Under the pieces are notes generated by a model. The model saw only the letters and a program-made list of their open reading frames with translations. It searched no databases and had not been told where the DNA came from. A program made the position numbers and the translations under genes. A stretch of DNA of 64,000 nt from an uncultured virus (IMG/VR IMGVR_UViG_3300034105_002081) (Duplodnaviria; Heunggongvirae; Uroviricota; Caudoviricetes): the IMG/VR virus record IMGVR_UViG_3300034105_002081, positions 1 through 64,000 of that record, one strand, 5' to 3'. Positions 10,286 to 22,800 of this stretch are shown here, one piece after another; position 1 is the first letter of the stretch; every line of letters begins with the position of its first letter.

Positions 10286-13200
10286 ATGTATAAGGGCGAA
10301 TTTTTTCAAAATGGTATTCTTTCTGAAATTATTCTTCAAGACGGTACACCTGCAATAAGATCTAATGTTACTGGTAAAGTATATGCAGTTGACAAACTGC
10401 GAACAGCTGTTAGAGAAGCAGCAGAACTCGGAGTCGCTGAAGCACATGTTTTAACTGGAAGCTCCTTAGACCCATACAGCTTGCATCACGTAAGTCAAAC
10501 TGAGCAATTAAATACAATTCTAGCTAGAGCGAAAACAGAGCCTGTAGTACAAGAATTTTTAGAAAAAAGAGGTTTGGGGCACTTATCTGGAAAGACTATT
10601 TCAATTCAAAGGTTGGGATATTCCAACCCATATAACATCAAAAAAGGTAAGGAACACGGTTTTTCATTAGCCTTTGAAGACTTACACCTACAAGAAGAAC
10701 CTGAAGTTATTGTTGGCGGACAAAGAGTCAAACTAGCTAGTTTAACTGCAGCTGAAAGAGCAAGTCCAGAATATAGCACAATAGGTCATGCTACGGTTAG
10801 GCAAGGTACTGGAACAGTTTTAAGGTATCAAGTTCAAGGCGATGAAGAAGGAGTCTTCTATCTCACTTCACGTCAAGCAGAGGAATTAAGAGTTGGTTTA
10901 GGTGGAGGAGCTATAGATAAAAATAAATTAGTTAAATCTATTGGACAAGGATTAGTAGACCCAGATACTGGAGGAATAAGTTCATCTTATGCTCCTGAAG
11001 AAGAAATTGCTGGTCTTCTTCAAAAAATAAATAAAAGAATGCAATTGTCAAAAAGAGAATTTTCAGCCGATCCAAAAGAGATTAGCAATTTAGTTAATGA
11101 TATGGTTAGTCTAATGCAAGAAGGACCATATGCTCACTTGTTAAAAGATGAAAAAATGGTTCCTAAATCTCTAAGAGATATATCTTTATTCTTTAATGAT
11201 ACTGAAGCTAGATTGCTAGAGTCTATTAAAATGGAAGATGGAGCTTCTTTATTAAAACATTTAGGTAGAGAAATAATTGCCGCTGATCCGAGCAAGGAAA
11301 GGGAAAGACGAGCTATAGAAATAATGGTTACAAGAGCTGGTCAGGCAGAATCTGATTTCAATGCAGAAACGTTTAGAGGTATATTCGAAATGAATGGTCT
11401 GCAACCAGAAAAATATGGAGAATTTAACAACCTAGTAAAGAGTTATTATACTGGCTTAGAAGATAAAACGCAATTTAATTTAGATGATCTTTTTGCACAT
11501 ATTTCTTCTGCGGAATCAACTTTATCCGATGGGGAAAAAAACATAATACAACACGCAGTTGAAAACTATAAGAGAGTTGGTGATGGATCTCAAGTTACTG
11601 ACGAATATGTAATAAGAAATCTAGGTCGTCAAAAGTTAAAAGATGTAGCAAATAAAAAAGAATATGTAAGAAATGCAGCCGAAAGCGTTCTTGGTGAAGA
11701 TTTGAGCGAAGTTAATGATATCTTTGAACACTTAAGTAATGTAGGAGATAGTTCAACTTTACAATTAATTAATGAAAAATTAGCAGAAAGCATGGGTATA
11801 GAAGGCGCTACCGTTGAAGCAGTAAGGGAAAATATAAGTCTTATAGAAAAATCTGTTGAAAGAGTTTTGGGTCAAGATCTAGAAGCAAAATTACTACAAG
11901 ACGTTACTTCAACTAGATTTGGGTTGGGAGAGGCGACCGCTAAGTCTGTTTCTGATATAGGAACAGCATTAACAGAGTTGGGCTATGGAGCAGTCGGATC
12001 CGAAGAATTGGTAAAAAAAGAAACAAATTTTGGTAGTTTTAGACTTCCAGGAGAAGCTAGATCTGGTGAATATATAGTGATGGATCCTGGTGGTGGTTTT
12101 GGTGGAACAGAACGAGTTGCCGCAGAAATGCAAGCTAATATATTTCACAGTCCTGTATATAATAACCCAGAGTTAGTAAAACAAGTGAAAGAAAATTTTG
12201 GTGTAGCTAGGGCACAAATTGAAGAGATGAAGAGAACTGGTGAAATTCCAGAAAAAATTATGGCTTCGCTAGAAAGAACTGCCAACATAGATGTATCAAG
12301 ATGGGACGAATTATTTTTTGCCGACAGCTTTTCTGCGCAAAGAAATAAAGCGCAAGCTCAAGAAATCGTAGCACATCTTAGAAGTGGAGGAAAAGTAAAT
12401 GATATTCCAGGACAATTAAATGATATAGTTAGAGCCTATGCTAGAGAAGCACAAACGTCAGCTAGAAAATCATATAAGAACTCAAAGGGTGAAACTATAG
12501 AAATACAGAACCCAAACCTAGCAACTACTCAAAGACATTCTGTAGATGCAGAGGGATCTATGGCAATGAGAAAGCCAGTAAGACCAGAAGCAAATGCAAC
12601 AGAATTAAATCCAGTACCAAGATTAGTTGGAAAGAATTCCTATAAAGATGTTACAACAAATATAGGGGACAATCAAAGTACAGTTCATAGACTACTAAAA
12701 TATAGACATGACGGACATAAGTTTGTTATTCCTGACATAGCAGGATCGCAATGGATGTATGCAGCTGGTGGTGGATTTGACATGGACGACAAATTTATTA
12801 CAGACTTGCATTTTCTAAACGCACAGTCTTTAGATGAAAGTGGCAACGTAGTAGGTAAAAGACAATTAATTTCTTTTGACTTTAGACAGCCAACTGGTCC
12901 ACAAGAATTTGCTTTAATGACACCACAATTAGATGACTTAACACTACAAAGAATGTTTGGTAGTAAAGATAAATTAGGAATGGGCTTTAGGGAAGCTCTT
13001 GACGAATTTGCTGAAGAAGTATCTACAAAACATAATATTAGATATACTACTTCAACAAGAAACGCACTGCCAGAAATGTTGGCTTCTTCTAGCATGAGTC
13101 AAGAAGAGAGAGGTGTCTTATATCTACAAGCAATCGCTGCTGATAACATGGAATTAGCAGCTCTGTATAGAGGGGCTAATACGGAAGGATACCTTGCTGA

Positions 13201-16200
13201 TGAGGTAGTGGGCGATGCAATATTTTCCCTAATGGACAGAGAGGCTACGAGATCGTCAAGTGGTGTTGGAGCTTCAAGATTCCGCGTTCATGAAATAAAT
13301 GATACATTAGTTGACAAACTGGTCACCATAAATCAAGAAGGCAATACCGTACTCAAGGGATCAACAATACTGCAACTTACTCCAGAAGAAATAGCAATGA
13401 ATCCTGCTTTAGTAGAAAGTTACAGAAAAGATCTTAGAATTCAAATTCAAAATATAGGGCTTTCTGCTTCCGAAGATACTGTCTTTAATAAGAATATTAA
13501 AGATTTAATAAATGCAAATCCTAGAGATTTTGGTGGAAAAAATTATGACCAAATGCTACAAGCAGCAAGAGGATTAACTCCAGAATTAAGTGAAAATCAA
13601 TTTATTTACGCCACTGCACACGAAATACTAGGTCAAGATAATTTTTTGGCAGAAAAAGTATTAAGTGAATTTGGTTTAATGAAACAAAGAATAGAAATTA
13701 ACACAACAGCAGTTCCAGGTGGAAAAATAGGTAGTTACATTGATGCTTTAGGTTTTGTCGATTCTCAAGTCAATCAAATGAGGGATATAATTACTAGACT
13801 AGAAGAATCTGGACCTCAAGGTTCTGAACTAGCGAAGTTGCTAAAGATGCCGTATCCAATCTATAATCCGGAAACTGCATTGGATACTGGTACAGGTGGC
13901 GCAGGAAAACTAGTCCTAAAGTATACAAATATAGCTGAAGATTTACAAAGCGCAATGCAAATTTTTAATCCTGAAGAACCCGTTGACCCCCAATCCGTTT
14001 ACAAGATGTTGTATAGTTTGACCGATAGATATAAGCAAGACCTAGACCATACAGACAGCATCGGTGCTTTTACTGGTCTAGACGATTTTGTTCGAAGATT
14101 AACATCTAGCGATCAAGCAACCGCAAAAGCCGCCCAAGAACTGATTAATATTGAGCTAAAGAATGTAGAAGAGGCAATGGTTTTAAACTCCGGACTTGCT
14201 TTTGGTAAGGCTCGAGCTCTTTACTATCATGGATTCTTGGGTGAAGAAGAAGTTTTAGAAATGGGATTAGACGAAATTGCTACAAGAATTAAAGGTTCTA
14301 ATACTGAAAACTTTTCTTTATTCTTGCAGGGTGTGATTAACGGTGCAAAAGAAGCAAAATATAGAATTAATGAACTTGGCATTGAAGCACTTAATCCTGC
14401 TGGTGAGGAAACTGCAGATAAATTTACTGCTTTTATAAACTCAATTATAGAAGAATCGCAACAAGGGGCAAAACTAAAGGGCTTTAAAAAAGAAAAAGCA
14501 ATGGAAGACGCTTTTAACAAAGTCTTAGAAGACGCAGAGTTTGGTTTAGTGCACACCGACGCTGCTGCAGAAAGATATAGTGTTAGCACTCTTATGAGGG
14601 CAACTGAAGAATTTAATGATTTTATTACACAAACAGTTAACTCTGTAAAACCAGGTTCTGGTCTTTATAACAGACTATTGGGTCAAAGTGAATACGCAGC
14701 TTACGATATAAACGTAAATCCCTTAATGCCAGACATAGAACAAGCATTAAAATCTTTAAATATAAACGGTAATGATTACGACTTAGGTACAGCTAACTCA
14801 AAAATGAATAGAGCATTAAATGAACTAGCCGAAATGAAACGTAGAGGATATGCAGATCCTAAACGAATTAATAAAATTCTAGAAGAAGCTGAAATAAATG
14901 TTGCAACACAAGAATTAGCTGGTATACACTCAAGCTCGATGAAATTAGCCTTTGCTCAAGACGCAATTGCTCAAAGAAGAGAAGAGCTACAAACCGCAGC
15001 TAGAGAAGTAGTCCATGGAAGTATTTTTGATTTTGTTAACAAAGCAGATAATCCTGGTAACATAACAAGTGCAATGGAATCGTATTTCTTAAGGGTAATG
15101 CAACTTCAAACATCTGCAAGTAAAGATGATCAAAAATTAGGTCAAGTTCTTGACGGCTTGCTTGTATATGGCCAAGATTTTTTTGGTCAAGGTGATAGAT
15201 TAGCTTTAGATGAAATGTACATTCACGCAAGAAATCAACTAACCTTTAATGCAACAGCAGGTGTAGCAGAACAAGAAGGAAGAATTAGTAATTTTATATC
15301 AATGTTTGATCATGAAGGTGAAACGCTAACAGAAAAACTTAGAAATATATTTAGTCTTCATGGTGAAGCAGATTTACTAGAAAGAGACCCATACAAGAGA
15401 ACATATAGGGAAGACTATTTAGATTCAGACTTTGGTGAATATTCAGGAGAAGCTCTTCCAGAAATAAGATCAAGAGCTACTGGAGAAACAATTCCTGAAT
15501 TTTTAGGAGAAGATAGTGAAAGAATGTTTGAAGACTTTGTCCAACTTCACATTTCTGGCGATCAAGAAAATACAGCAAAATTAATTATGCGAAAACGTTT
15601 TGCTGACGATCCAGAAGCAGCAAAGGCTTACATAGACGAACTAAAAATGATAGGCATGAGATACGAAAGCAAGTCCGCAGAAATATCTCCTAAAGTAGCA
15701 GAAATGCTTGAACAGTTCATGCCAGATATTGACATGACAATGCCAATGACAACTTCAGATATATTGGAAACTTTTGACCGTTCTATTGGTACTCTTGCAG
15801 AAGATGAAGCCGCTGCCGTTCGTTCTGCTTTACGAGAAGGAGCAGAAACTGCCGGTGGAGCAACAGGTGGAGACATACCCTTTAAGGGCATTGGGGAAAT
15901 GATAAGTGACCATTTTCCTAGAATTGGCAGAATAGGGAATAGAATAGGCGAACACAAGTTCGCTATAGCAGGAACTGTAGCTGCCGCAACGGCAGGAGCT
16001 GTTGTCTACCATAAGATGAGAAATAGGGATCATACTCCCGACGCTGTTACTGGACCTCCTCTTTTGCCCGGTGGAAACCCATACGACAGAAGGGATACTA
16101 CAACCGTTCAATATCCAGACTTTTCATCATTTCAAAATGACGATGATGGGGATTCTTATGACATAAGGGTTTCTGGAACTGATGCACAAATGAAAAAATT

Positions 16201-16309
16201 TATAAATCAAGCATCAATCATAACAGATTCAAATACAAACAGTACTATATATCGAGGTATCCCTAACTTAAGCAGTGATCCATTTGACGACATTGCAGGT
16301 TCTTATTAG
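10286..16309 (+). CDS. Large (2,007 aa) virion-associated protein, function unknown
   Basis: Uninterrupted, acidic, helical-looking ORF in the tail module with a C-terminal hydrophobic segment (FAIAGTVAAATAGAVVY). Confidence 0.6.
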   Translation: MYKGEFFQNGILSEIILQDGTPAIRSNVTGKVYAVDKLRTAVREAAELGVAEAHVLTGSSLDPYSLHHVSQTEQLNTILARAKTEPVVQEFLEKRGLGHLSGKTISIQRLGYSNPYNIKKGKEHGFSLAFEDLHLQEEPEVIVGGQRVKLASLTAAERASPEYSTIGHATVRQGTGTVLRYQVQGDEEGVFYLTSRQAEELRVGLGGGAIDKNKLVKSIGQGLVDPDTGGISSSYAPEEEIAGLLQKINKRMQLSKREFSADPKEISNLVNDMVSLMQEGPYAHLLKDEKMVPKSLRDISLFFNDTEARLLESIKMEDGASLLKHLGREIIAADPSKERERRAIEIMVTRAGQAESDFNAETFRGIFEMNGLQPEKYGEFNNLVKSYYTGLEDKTQFNLDDLFAHISSAESTLSDGEKNIIQHAVENYKRVGDGSQVTDEYVIRNLGRQKLKDVANKKEYVRNAAESVLGEDLSEVNDIFEHLSNVGDSSTLQLINEKLAESMGIEGATVEAVRENISLIEKSVERVLGQDLEAKLLQDVTSTRFGLGEATAKSVSDIGTALTELGYGAVGSEELVKKETNFGSFRLPGEARSGEYIVMDPGGGFGGTERVAAEMQANIFHSPVYNNPELVKQVKENFGVARAQIEEMKRTGEIPEKIMASLERTANIDVSRWDELFFADSFSAQRNKAQAQEIVAHLRSGGKVNDIPGQLNDIVRAYAREAQTSARKSYKNSKGETIEIQNPNLATTQRHSVDAEGSMAMRKPVRPEANATELNPVPRLVGKNSYKDVTTNIGDNQSTVHRLLKYRHDGHKFVIPDIAGSQWMYAAGGGFDMDDKFITDLHFLNAQSLDESGNVVGKRQLISFDFRQPTGPQEFALMTPQLDDLTLQRMFGSKDKLGMGFREALDEFAEEVSTKHNIRYTTSTRNALPEMLASSSMSQEERGVLYLQAIAADNMELAALYRGANTEGYLADEVVGDAIFSLMDREATRSSSGVGASRFRVHEINDTLVDKLVTINQEGNTVLKGSTILQLTPEEIAMNPALVESYRKDLRIQIQNIGLSASEDTVFNKNIKDLINANPRDFGGKNYDQMLQAARGLTPELSENQFIYATAHEILGQDNFLAEKVLSEFGLMKQRIEINTTAVPGGKIGSYIDALGFVDSQVNQMRDIITRLEESGPQGSELAKLLKMPYPIYNPETALDTGTGGAGKLVLKYTNIAEDLQSAMQIFNPEEPVDPQSVYKMLYSLTDRYKQDLDHTDSIGAFTGLDDFVRRLTSSDQATAKAAQELINIELKNVEEAMVLNSGLAFGKARALYYHGFLGEEEVLEMGLDEIATRIKGSNTENFSLFLQGVINGAKEAKYRINELGIEALNPAGEETADKFTAFINSIIEESQQGAKLKGFKKEKAMEDAFNKVLEDAEFGLVHTDAAAERYSVSTLMRATEEFNDFITQTVNSVKPGSGLYNRLLGQSEYAAYDINVNPLMPDIEQALKSLNINGNDYDLGTANSKMNRALNELAEMKRRGYADPKRINKILEEAEINVATQELAGIHSSSMKLAFAQDAIAQRREELQTAAREVVHGSIFDFVNKADNPGNITSAMESYFLRVMQLQTSASKDDQKLGQVLDGLLVYGQDFFGQGDRLALDEMYIHARNQLTFNATAGVAEQEGRISNFISMFDHEGETLTEKLRNIFSLHGEADLLERDPYKRTYREDYLDSDFGEYSGEALPEIRSRATGETIPEFLGEDSERMFEDFVQLHISGDQENTAKLIMRKRFADDPEAAKAYIDELKMIGMRYESKSAEISPKVAEMLEQFMPDIDMTMPMTTSDILETFDRSIGTLAEDEAAAVRSALREGAETAGGATGGDIPFKGIGEMISDHFPRIGRIGNRIGEHKFAIAGTVAAATAGAVVYHKMRNRDHTPDAVTGPPLLPGGNPYDRRDTTTVQYPDFSSFQNDDDGDSYDIRVSGTDAQMKKFINQASIITDSNTNSTIYRGIPNLSSDPFDDIAGSY

Positions 16310-16319
16310 GAAATAGGTC

Positions 16320-16793
16320 ATGGAAAGAAATCTTAGCGATTCAAATGCCCGTCTAAAAAACGCTGCTAAAAACAACCCAAATTCAGCCCCTAAAGTCCAA
16401 CAAGCTAGACAAACAGCAGAAACTGTTAAAGCTAACAATTCAAAGGAACCATATAGTGGAAACTCTGAAGATAGACTTACTGATAAAAAAGCTAAAGAAG
16501 CTACAACATCTTCAAGAGGACCATCTAGACCGTCTTACGAGGGTTATAGTGGTTCTTCTAGTGCTCATATCCAATTTAATAAAACAGGATATGATGCCCC
16601 AAAACACCAACAAGCTAGAAATAAAACATTATCTGGAGAAGGAAATCCTAATATTTCATTAGCTTCTTTCAATAAAGGGACCCATTCATTTAACAAAAAT
16701 GGTATAATTAACAATCACGCTAGAATATCTATGGGGGAAACTTCTAGAACTAGCATAGATAAAATTTTAAAAATTAATAATTATTTTAATTAA
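16320..16793 (+). CDS. Hypothetical basic, low-complexity protein
   Basis: 157 aa ORF tightly packed between neighbours; AGGA/AGGT upstream. Confidence 0.6.
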   Translation: MERNLSDSNARLKNAAKNNPNSAPKVQQARQTAETVKANNSKEPYSGNSEDRLTDKKAKEATTSSRGPSRPSYEGYSGSSSAHIQFNKTGYDAPKHQQARNKTLSGEGNPNISLASFNKGTHSFNKNGIINNHARISMGETSRTSIDKILKINNYFN

Positions 16794-16803
16794 GCGGTAA
16801 ACT

Positions 16804-19800
16804 ATGGCAGTAGATAAAACTATTATAAAATATCTTAAAGATAATTTTACTACTCAAGCGCATATAAATGATTATATCGACGAGCTAAGGTCAACATACC
16901 AAGACGGTTTAACCTATAAGGCTAAAAGAGTTTATGATTATTATGGCCTTTTTATAGGCGACACAAGTTACGCTGGAGACTACAAGAGCTCAAGGAATAA
17001 CAGCGTATGGCAAAATAAAGTTATGCCAGTCGCATTAGAGATAATTAAACCAAAATTTTCTGATCCAGTTTGGGTTTCTCTTAGAGAAACAGCAATTGGC
17101 ACTACGATTAATGCCTATACACCTGGTAGTAAAATTGTTAATATAACTACGGTAGCAATTTTAGATTATCTAAGAGCTAACTTTGATAAGACAATAAAGA
17201 AAAATATCCAAATTGATGACCCGTCTTTAGAAAAAGCTTGGACTAAATACTACGAAGATGATAAAACTGGGGTTAAAACAGGTAGAGATGTTACCGCTTT
17301 TGGTACTGGTAAAACTCTTTTTGGTAACTGGATTTCATTAGGAGATTTTGTAGAAGCAGTAATAAAAAGACTGCAAAGTTTTGATATTGCTACAGGAACG
17401 CTTAACGAAGCAACAACTGTTCCAAACCTCCCTCCTGAAGTAGATGCTCAGTATGGAACTAGATTTGAAATATTAGAAGATTTTCTTCGCAAATCGTCTG
17501 GCACCACCAATGCCCATGGTACTTATGTGGCAGGTCTTTACGATACTGTATTAAGAAAGAATAATCTACGGAGTTTGGTCTCCTAGCCAACATGGTAATG
17601 ATTCATTTGGCGTCTTTGAAAAAATATTAGCCCCTGCAATATCTTCAAAGCTAAATAATTTGCAAGTTAAATATCAAAAAAATATATATGACAGATTACA
17701 AAATAGCGGTTTATTAGATCTTCTTATTTACAATGATCAGATTCGTCAGTTTGGTAGAGGAAGATTCGAAAATGAAGGATCAGTAAGAGCTAGTGGGGCA
17801 AAACTGCTAGATGGAACAAGAGATACTGCTTGGCTTCAGCAGTTATCGCTTACGATCTCGATACTTTCATCAGACCCAATAACAATGGCTACTCTTTATC
17901 AGTACTTTCCTGATCTCATTAACTTCTTCTTTGAAGCAGTAGCTATAACAGCAGACTATTCTAATAATGGACAAGGTGGCGGTCAAGAAGACGAATTAAA
18001 TAATCCACAAGCTATCCTTGATGATCTAATGAAATCTTTTGGTCACGTTAATGGAGAAAATATATTTACTGGTGCTTGGAACTTAATCAATACAGCACAA
18101 AGAATAGAAAAAGCTTTAGCAGAAACTCCGTTAAGATCAAACACACCACCAAATACTCCTGATATATTTCACTTAAGACTTGGTGCATCAAACTTCTATA
18201 TCCCACCTATTAAAATAGATGTTAATACCTCATTTAAGACTTCGTCATTGGGGACTCAGGCTTTAAGACAAAAAACTACCGCAAAGTTTAACGCAGGGTA
18301 TAAAGAAGTCAGTATAGGAATGAGATTATACTTTCCTAATTACGAAGAAATTTGGGGCATTTCGATAGATGACGTTTCCAAAATTACAGTAAAAGATAAC
18401 TACAGCATAGACTTTAAGCCAACTGGAGATAGTGATGAAAAGATCGACAAATTTCTTTCTTCTTTGCGTGGCTTAATTGCTGCCTTTAAATATTCTCCTA
18501 TTCTTCCAGTTAAAAATCATTATCTAAATTCAGTCCATGGAATAACGGGAGTTACACTTGCTGGAATGTCAATATCTACGATTCCAAACTATCCATTTGG
18601 TCTAATGGTCGACATTGCTTTTAATAATTTTAATCATAAACCACTTTTACCAATGATATCTGACTTTAACCAGGCAATACACTGGGGTAAGTATAGACAA
18701 TATATGGGCAAAGCTGCAGGAAAATTACATAACTATGTTAACGAAGAATTTATTAAATATACACCAGATGAAGCTTTGGGCAGAAACAGCAACGACATAA
18801 GTGGCCGTACTCCAGCAGGACAAAGCGGATCAAATAATATTAACACACCAACTACTTCTATAGTCCCTGCTAATGGAACTACTTTAGACTTAGACCCAAG
18901 TACGATAGGGTACAAGGATGATGATGTATTTGTTACGAATGTCTATAAAGAATGGACAGATGGCAACAATGTAGTTTTCTATACTCCAGCAGAAACTCAA
19001 ACAAAAATATTTACTCCAGATATTTCTGATTTTAGAAGCGACGCAGAAAAATATGCAGCAAAAGTAACACCTCAAAATTCTGGTATTTGGGGTTCATTCT
19101 TGAGTGGATTTGGCATAAATCTTGCATCCGATTATAACCGTTCTCTTTCCGACGTAGTAACCACCTCCAAGGGCGCATATCAAGAGTTCTACATCAGGGA
19201 TAAAATTTTAAGTTCAATAAATATATTAGAAGCAGGCAGAAGCTCCAAAGTATTTACCGAAAGTGCTTACGCTACATTAGTTGAAGGGTTTATCGGCTCA
19301 AACCTTAGTGCAGGGCTAGACTCAGACAGAAAAGCTTTCTTAAGAAATATGAACGATAATACAAACGCTTATACAGATACAGGTGATTGGAAATTAGGAA
19401 TATTAAGCTTTAAAAATAAAACGCTTCTTGAAATGAAATTCATAATGAAAGCAAAAGCCACAAAAACCGATACCTATTTAGATCACTTGGTGGACGTAGA
19501 AACAGTACGTCAAGCAAGAAGTCAACATCTTGATGTCGACGATCCAAAGAATAAATCTACGATTGACTCAATAAGAGCGACGGTTAAGAGAAAATTTGGC
19601 GATGCTTTTGCTTCCACAATGTACAATAGATTCTTTGAATATGGTCCGCTAAAAGACTTAATGGAAGCAGCTAGAGAAAGAGCTGGATCTTTCCACATTA
19701 GAGAGTGGGAAGTTCCGATGATTAAGTTGGATTTTGATCCAAAAAGCGTGATAGTGACCGCTGTTTCCTTGAGCATGTCAAATACCTTTGTCCCCTTGCA

Positions 19801-22800
19801 ACTTCAAATGCAAGATGAACCAACATACCAACACATTGGTGGTGGAGATACAAACATTAGTATGTCAATGGTAATCTTTGGCGAAAAAGAATTAATTAAA
19901 TTAAGAAAAATGTTTGACCACATTAACGGTTTGGCTAGATTAGAACACGCTACTGGCGTACTTGGATTCTTAGGTATTAAAAATATTATAACGGCATTGG
20001 CTGGTGTTAAATATGTTTTACCAATTAGATTTGATGTAAAAACAATCGAAGGATATCCTCATGTTTACAACGTTACATTGGATCTTGTTGACTTTGATAT
20101 TTTTCAACAAAAGAGAGAACAACTTTCTTCTGCGCAGCAAGCAAAGTTCGTTGAAGAGTTTGGGACAAAGAAAAATCCATTTTTAAGAATTAAACAACTT
20201 TGGGGTCAGTTCAATGCTTACTCCGATTTTCCTTTGGAAATAAGAAATAAGGCTGGTGAGATAGTAGGTTCATTAGATCCAGATTTTTATTTCCGTAGTT
20301 TTGAAATGTTTGATAACGATGTTGTTAATAACATAACTATTAACCAACAAAAACTTACTAGGTTAAACTTTAAGCACGTAAAACCAGAAGATGGATCTAC
20401 TGATCAAACTGAACTAGCACGTTATGCATCCAGAATAGATACTTTTAAAACCTACATTAGGACTAATGATGTTAGCGGTTTAAAGAGATATGTAAAAGAT
20501 ACTCTTAGTTTAGACCCTTCAACAACAGCGTCTTATATTAGAGATGCGCTTTCGGGGGAAGATAATCAAAATTTCTTAATTCATTATGTGGATAGTTTGG
20601 ACGAAACTGAATTCCCCGTAACATCAGCAGCTGACTCTAATTTTAGAAGCACTAATGGACAACTATCAGTTGGTGACGTTGGCAGTAACAGGGAAAAAGA
20701 AAAGGCAAGTATAGAAGCTTTACTAAAGGGAAGTAGTTCTCTTCAGGGTGAGGATATGGTCAGCTTTAACCCTGATGAACTCAGCGCTCACGCAATAATA
20801 CACACTTTTCCAGCAATAGGGAACGTGGTGGATCCACACATCCCAGCTATACTGCATACAGCAGATGGGTATCAATTTGGTTATGTCGATAAAGATAATG
20901 GTAGATTTTATTTAACCGTAGATGGATATAACGTAACAAAAGATACCAAAAAGGTTAACTATATTGGAGTAACAGATACCCAATCTCCAGATGTTGGAAC
21001 AAACCTTCCTGAAGGAAAGAACATGACGGGCGTACCAGGAGTCCAGTCTTTGGATAAATATCAATACTCATACACATCAGGTGATTTGAGCAAGCCTGAA
21101 TCCATGAACAGGAATGGAGATTCAAAGAGCGTTGATAAGCACTGGGAAAAGATGATGATTGATACGTCCTATAGGGATATATCAGGAAGAATGATTAGAG
21201 CTTTTCCAACCTATATGCTGTGGTTAGTTGATGAAGGTAATTTTGCTGGAACAAAACTATTTGATAACTTTTATGGATTACAATCGATTATAGATTTTTC
21301 AATAGTTCAATCAGAAGATATACTAGGAGACACCTTAGTATTCAGACTTTCCAATATGTATGCCAAGCTTTCCACTAGAGAAGCTAGTACGGTATTTAAT
21401 GGAAACGGACAACAGAATGCTCCTCCAGGTACAGATCTATTTGGATTGACATCTGGCCTAGACTCCATTATAGATTTAACCTTAAATAGAGCAAGAAATA
21501 TTCTTGGTCATATGGAAAGTCAATATATTGTTGACATAGAAAATATTAGATTAAAACCAGGAGTAAGAGTCCACCTTAGGGGCGGGTACGGTTCAAATCC
21601 AAACTCATTACATACTTTATTCAATGGCATTATTACCAGTGTTGAACTAGGTGAAATTGTTGTCGTCACTGCACAATCTGACGCAATTGAATTAAGTCCA
21701 ATAGTTAACTCTACTAATAAAAAAGGTAGTAGCGGTAAAATAGATGGTGGAATAAATACTGGAATGTATTTATCAGAACCACGAGATTTAATGATTCGTT
21801 TGTTGTCAATGGGAACTTCTAAAACAAGAGAAGCTTTTGCCCTTGCTACTAGAGGTACTATCTTTTCTGGAAATAAATTTGGAATCAAACACTTTGGAAT
21901 GATACCTTATCAGCCTTTAAATGACATCGAATTAAACAAACAAAGAGGAATCAGAAATGCAATAGCAGACACTGCGACCTCTTTAGGCAGAGGTGGGATG
22001 GGGGTTTCCGGAACAGTTTCCGCAGTGGCAGGAATGTTGAATCCAGATGGCCAAAACCAAAGTGTGCTTGGTGCAGAAGTTAGAATTCCAGTAGTTTCCA
22101 TGATGCAAACATTGTGGTCTAACTTTGCTGCTCAAAGAGATCTAGAAATTTTTAAAAGAAATATATATCCCGGTAATGGAACAGGAGTTGCCCAGTACCT
22201 TGGTGGAGACATTGGAGATGGTTGGGCTAATGTTTCTTCTTTGACGCCAGAAGATAAGCCCAATCCTAGACTAGAATATTTAAATAGGCTTACTGACTCA
22301 TCTTGGAATGATTTACTCCAAAAATATGACGCTCAGGACGCAAGTGCTGCAGCCGCTTTGGACACATTAACTGGTGCAGGGGCAAGAGAAAGTGGTGGCA
22401 CTGCAGCTATGATAACTGGTGGAGTATTGGCTGCTGCTGGTACAGCCCTTGCTGTAGGTACTGGTGGCTTAGCCCTTCCTATAATAGGAGTAGGAGCCGC
22501 TACATTGGGTCTAACTGGTGTTCTTGGTGGTAGAGGCGGAAAGAATATATTTAGAACGCTGGGACTAATCAGTCCAACAGACGATGACGACATGCCTGGA
22601 TTCGATGAAGTTTCGTTCAGGTGCCAAACGTACATGAAGAGTGTATGGGATATATTCCAAACATGTGCAAGAATTTTACCTAATTACATAGTAGCAGTAA
22701 GACCATTTGAAGATAGGTCTACTGTATTCTATGGTAAGCCACATTGGCTGTATACATCAGGCGTAGTTCCTGTAACGACTGGTTTCCCTAGTGAAGAAAA

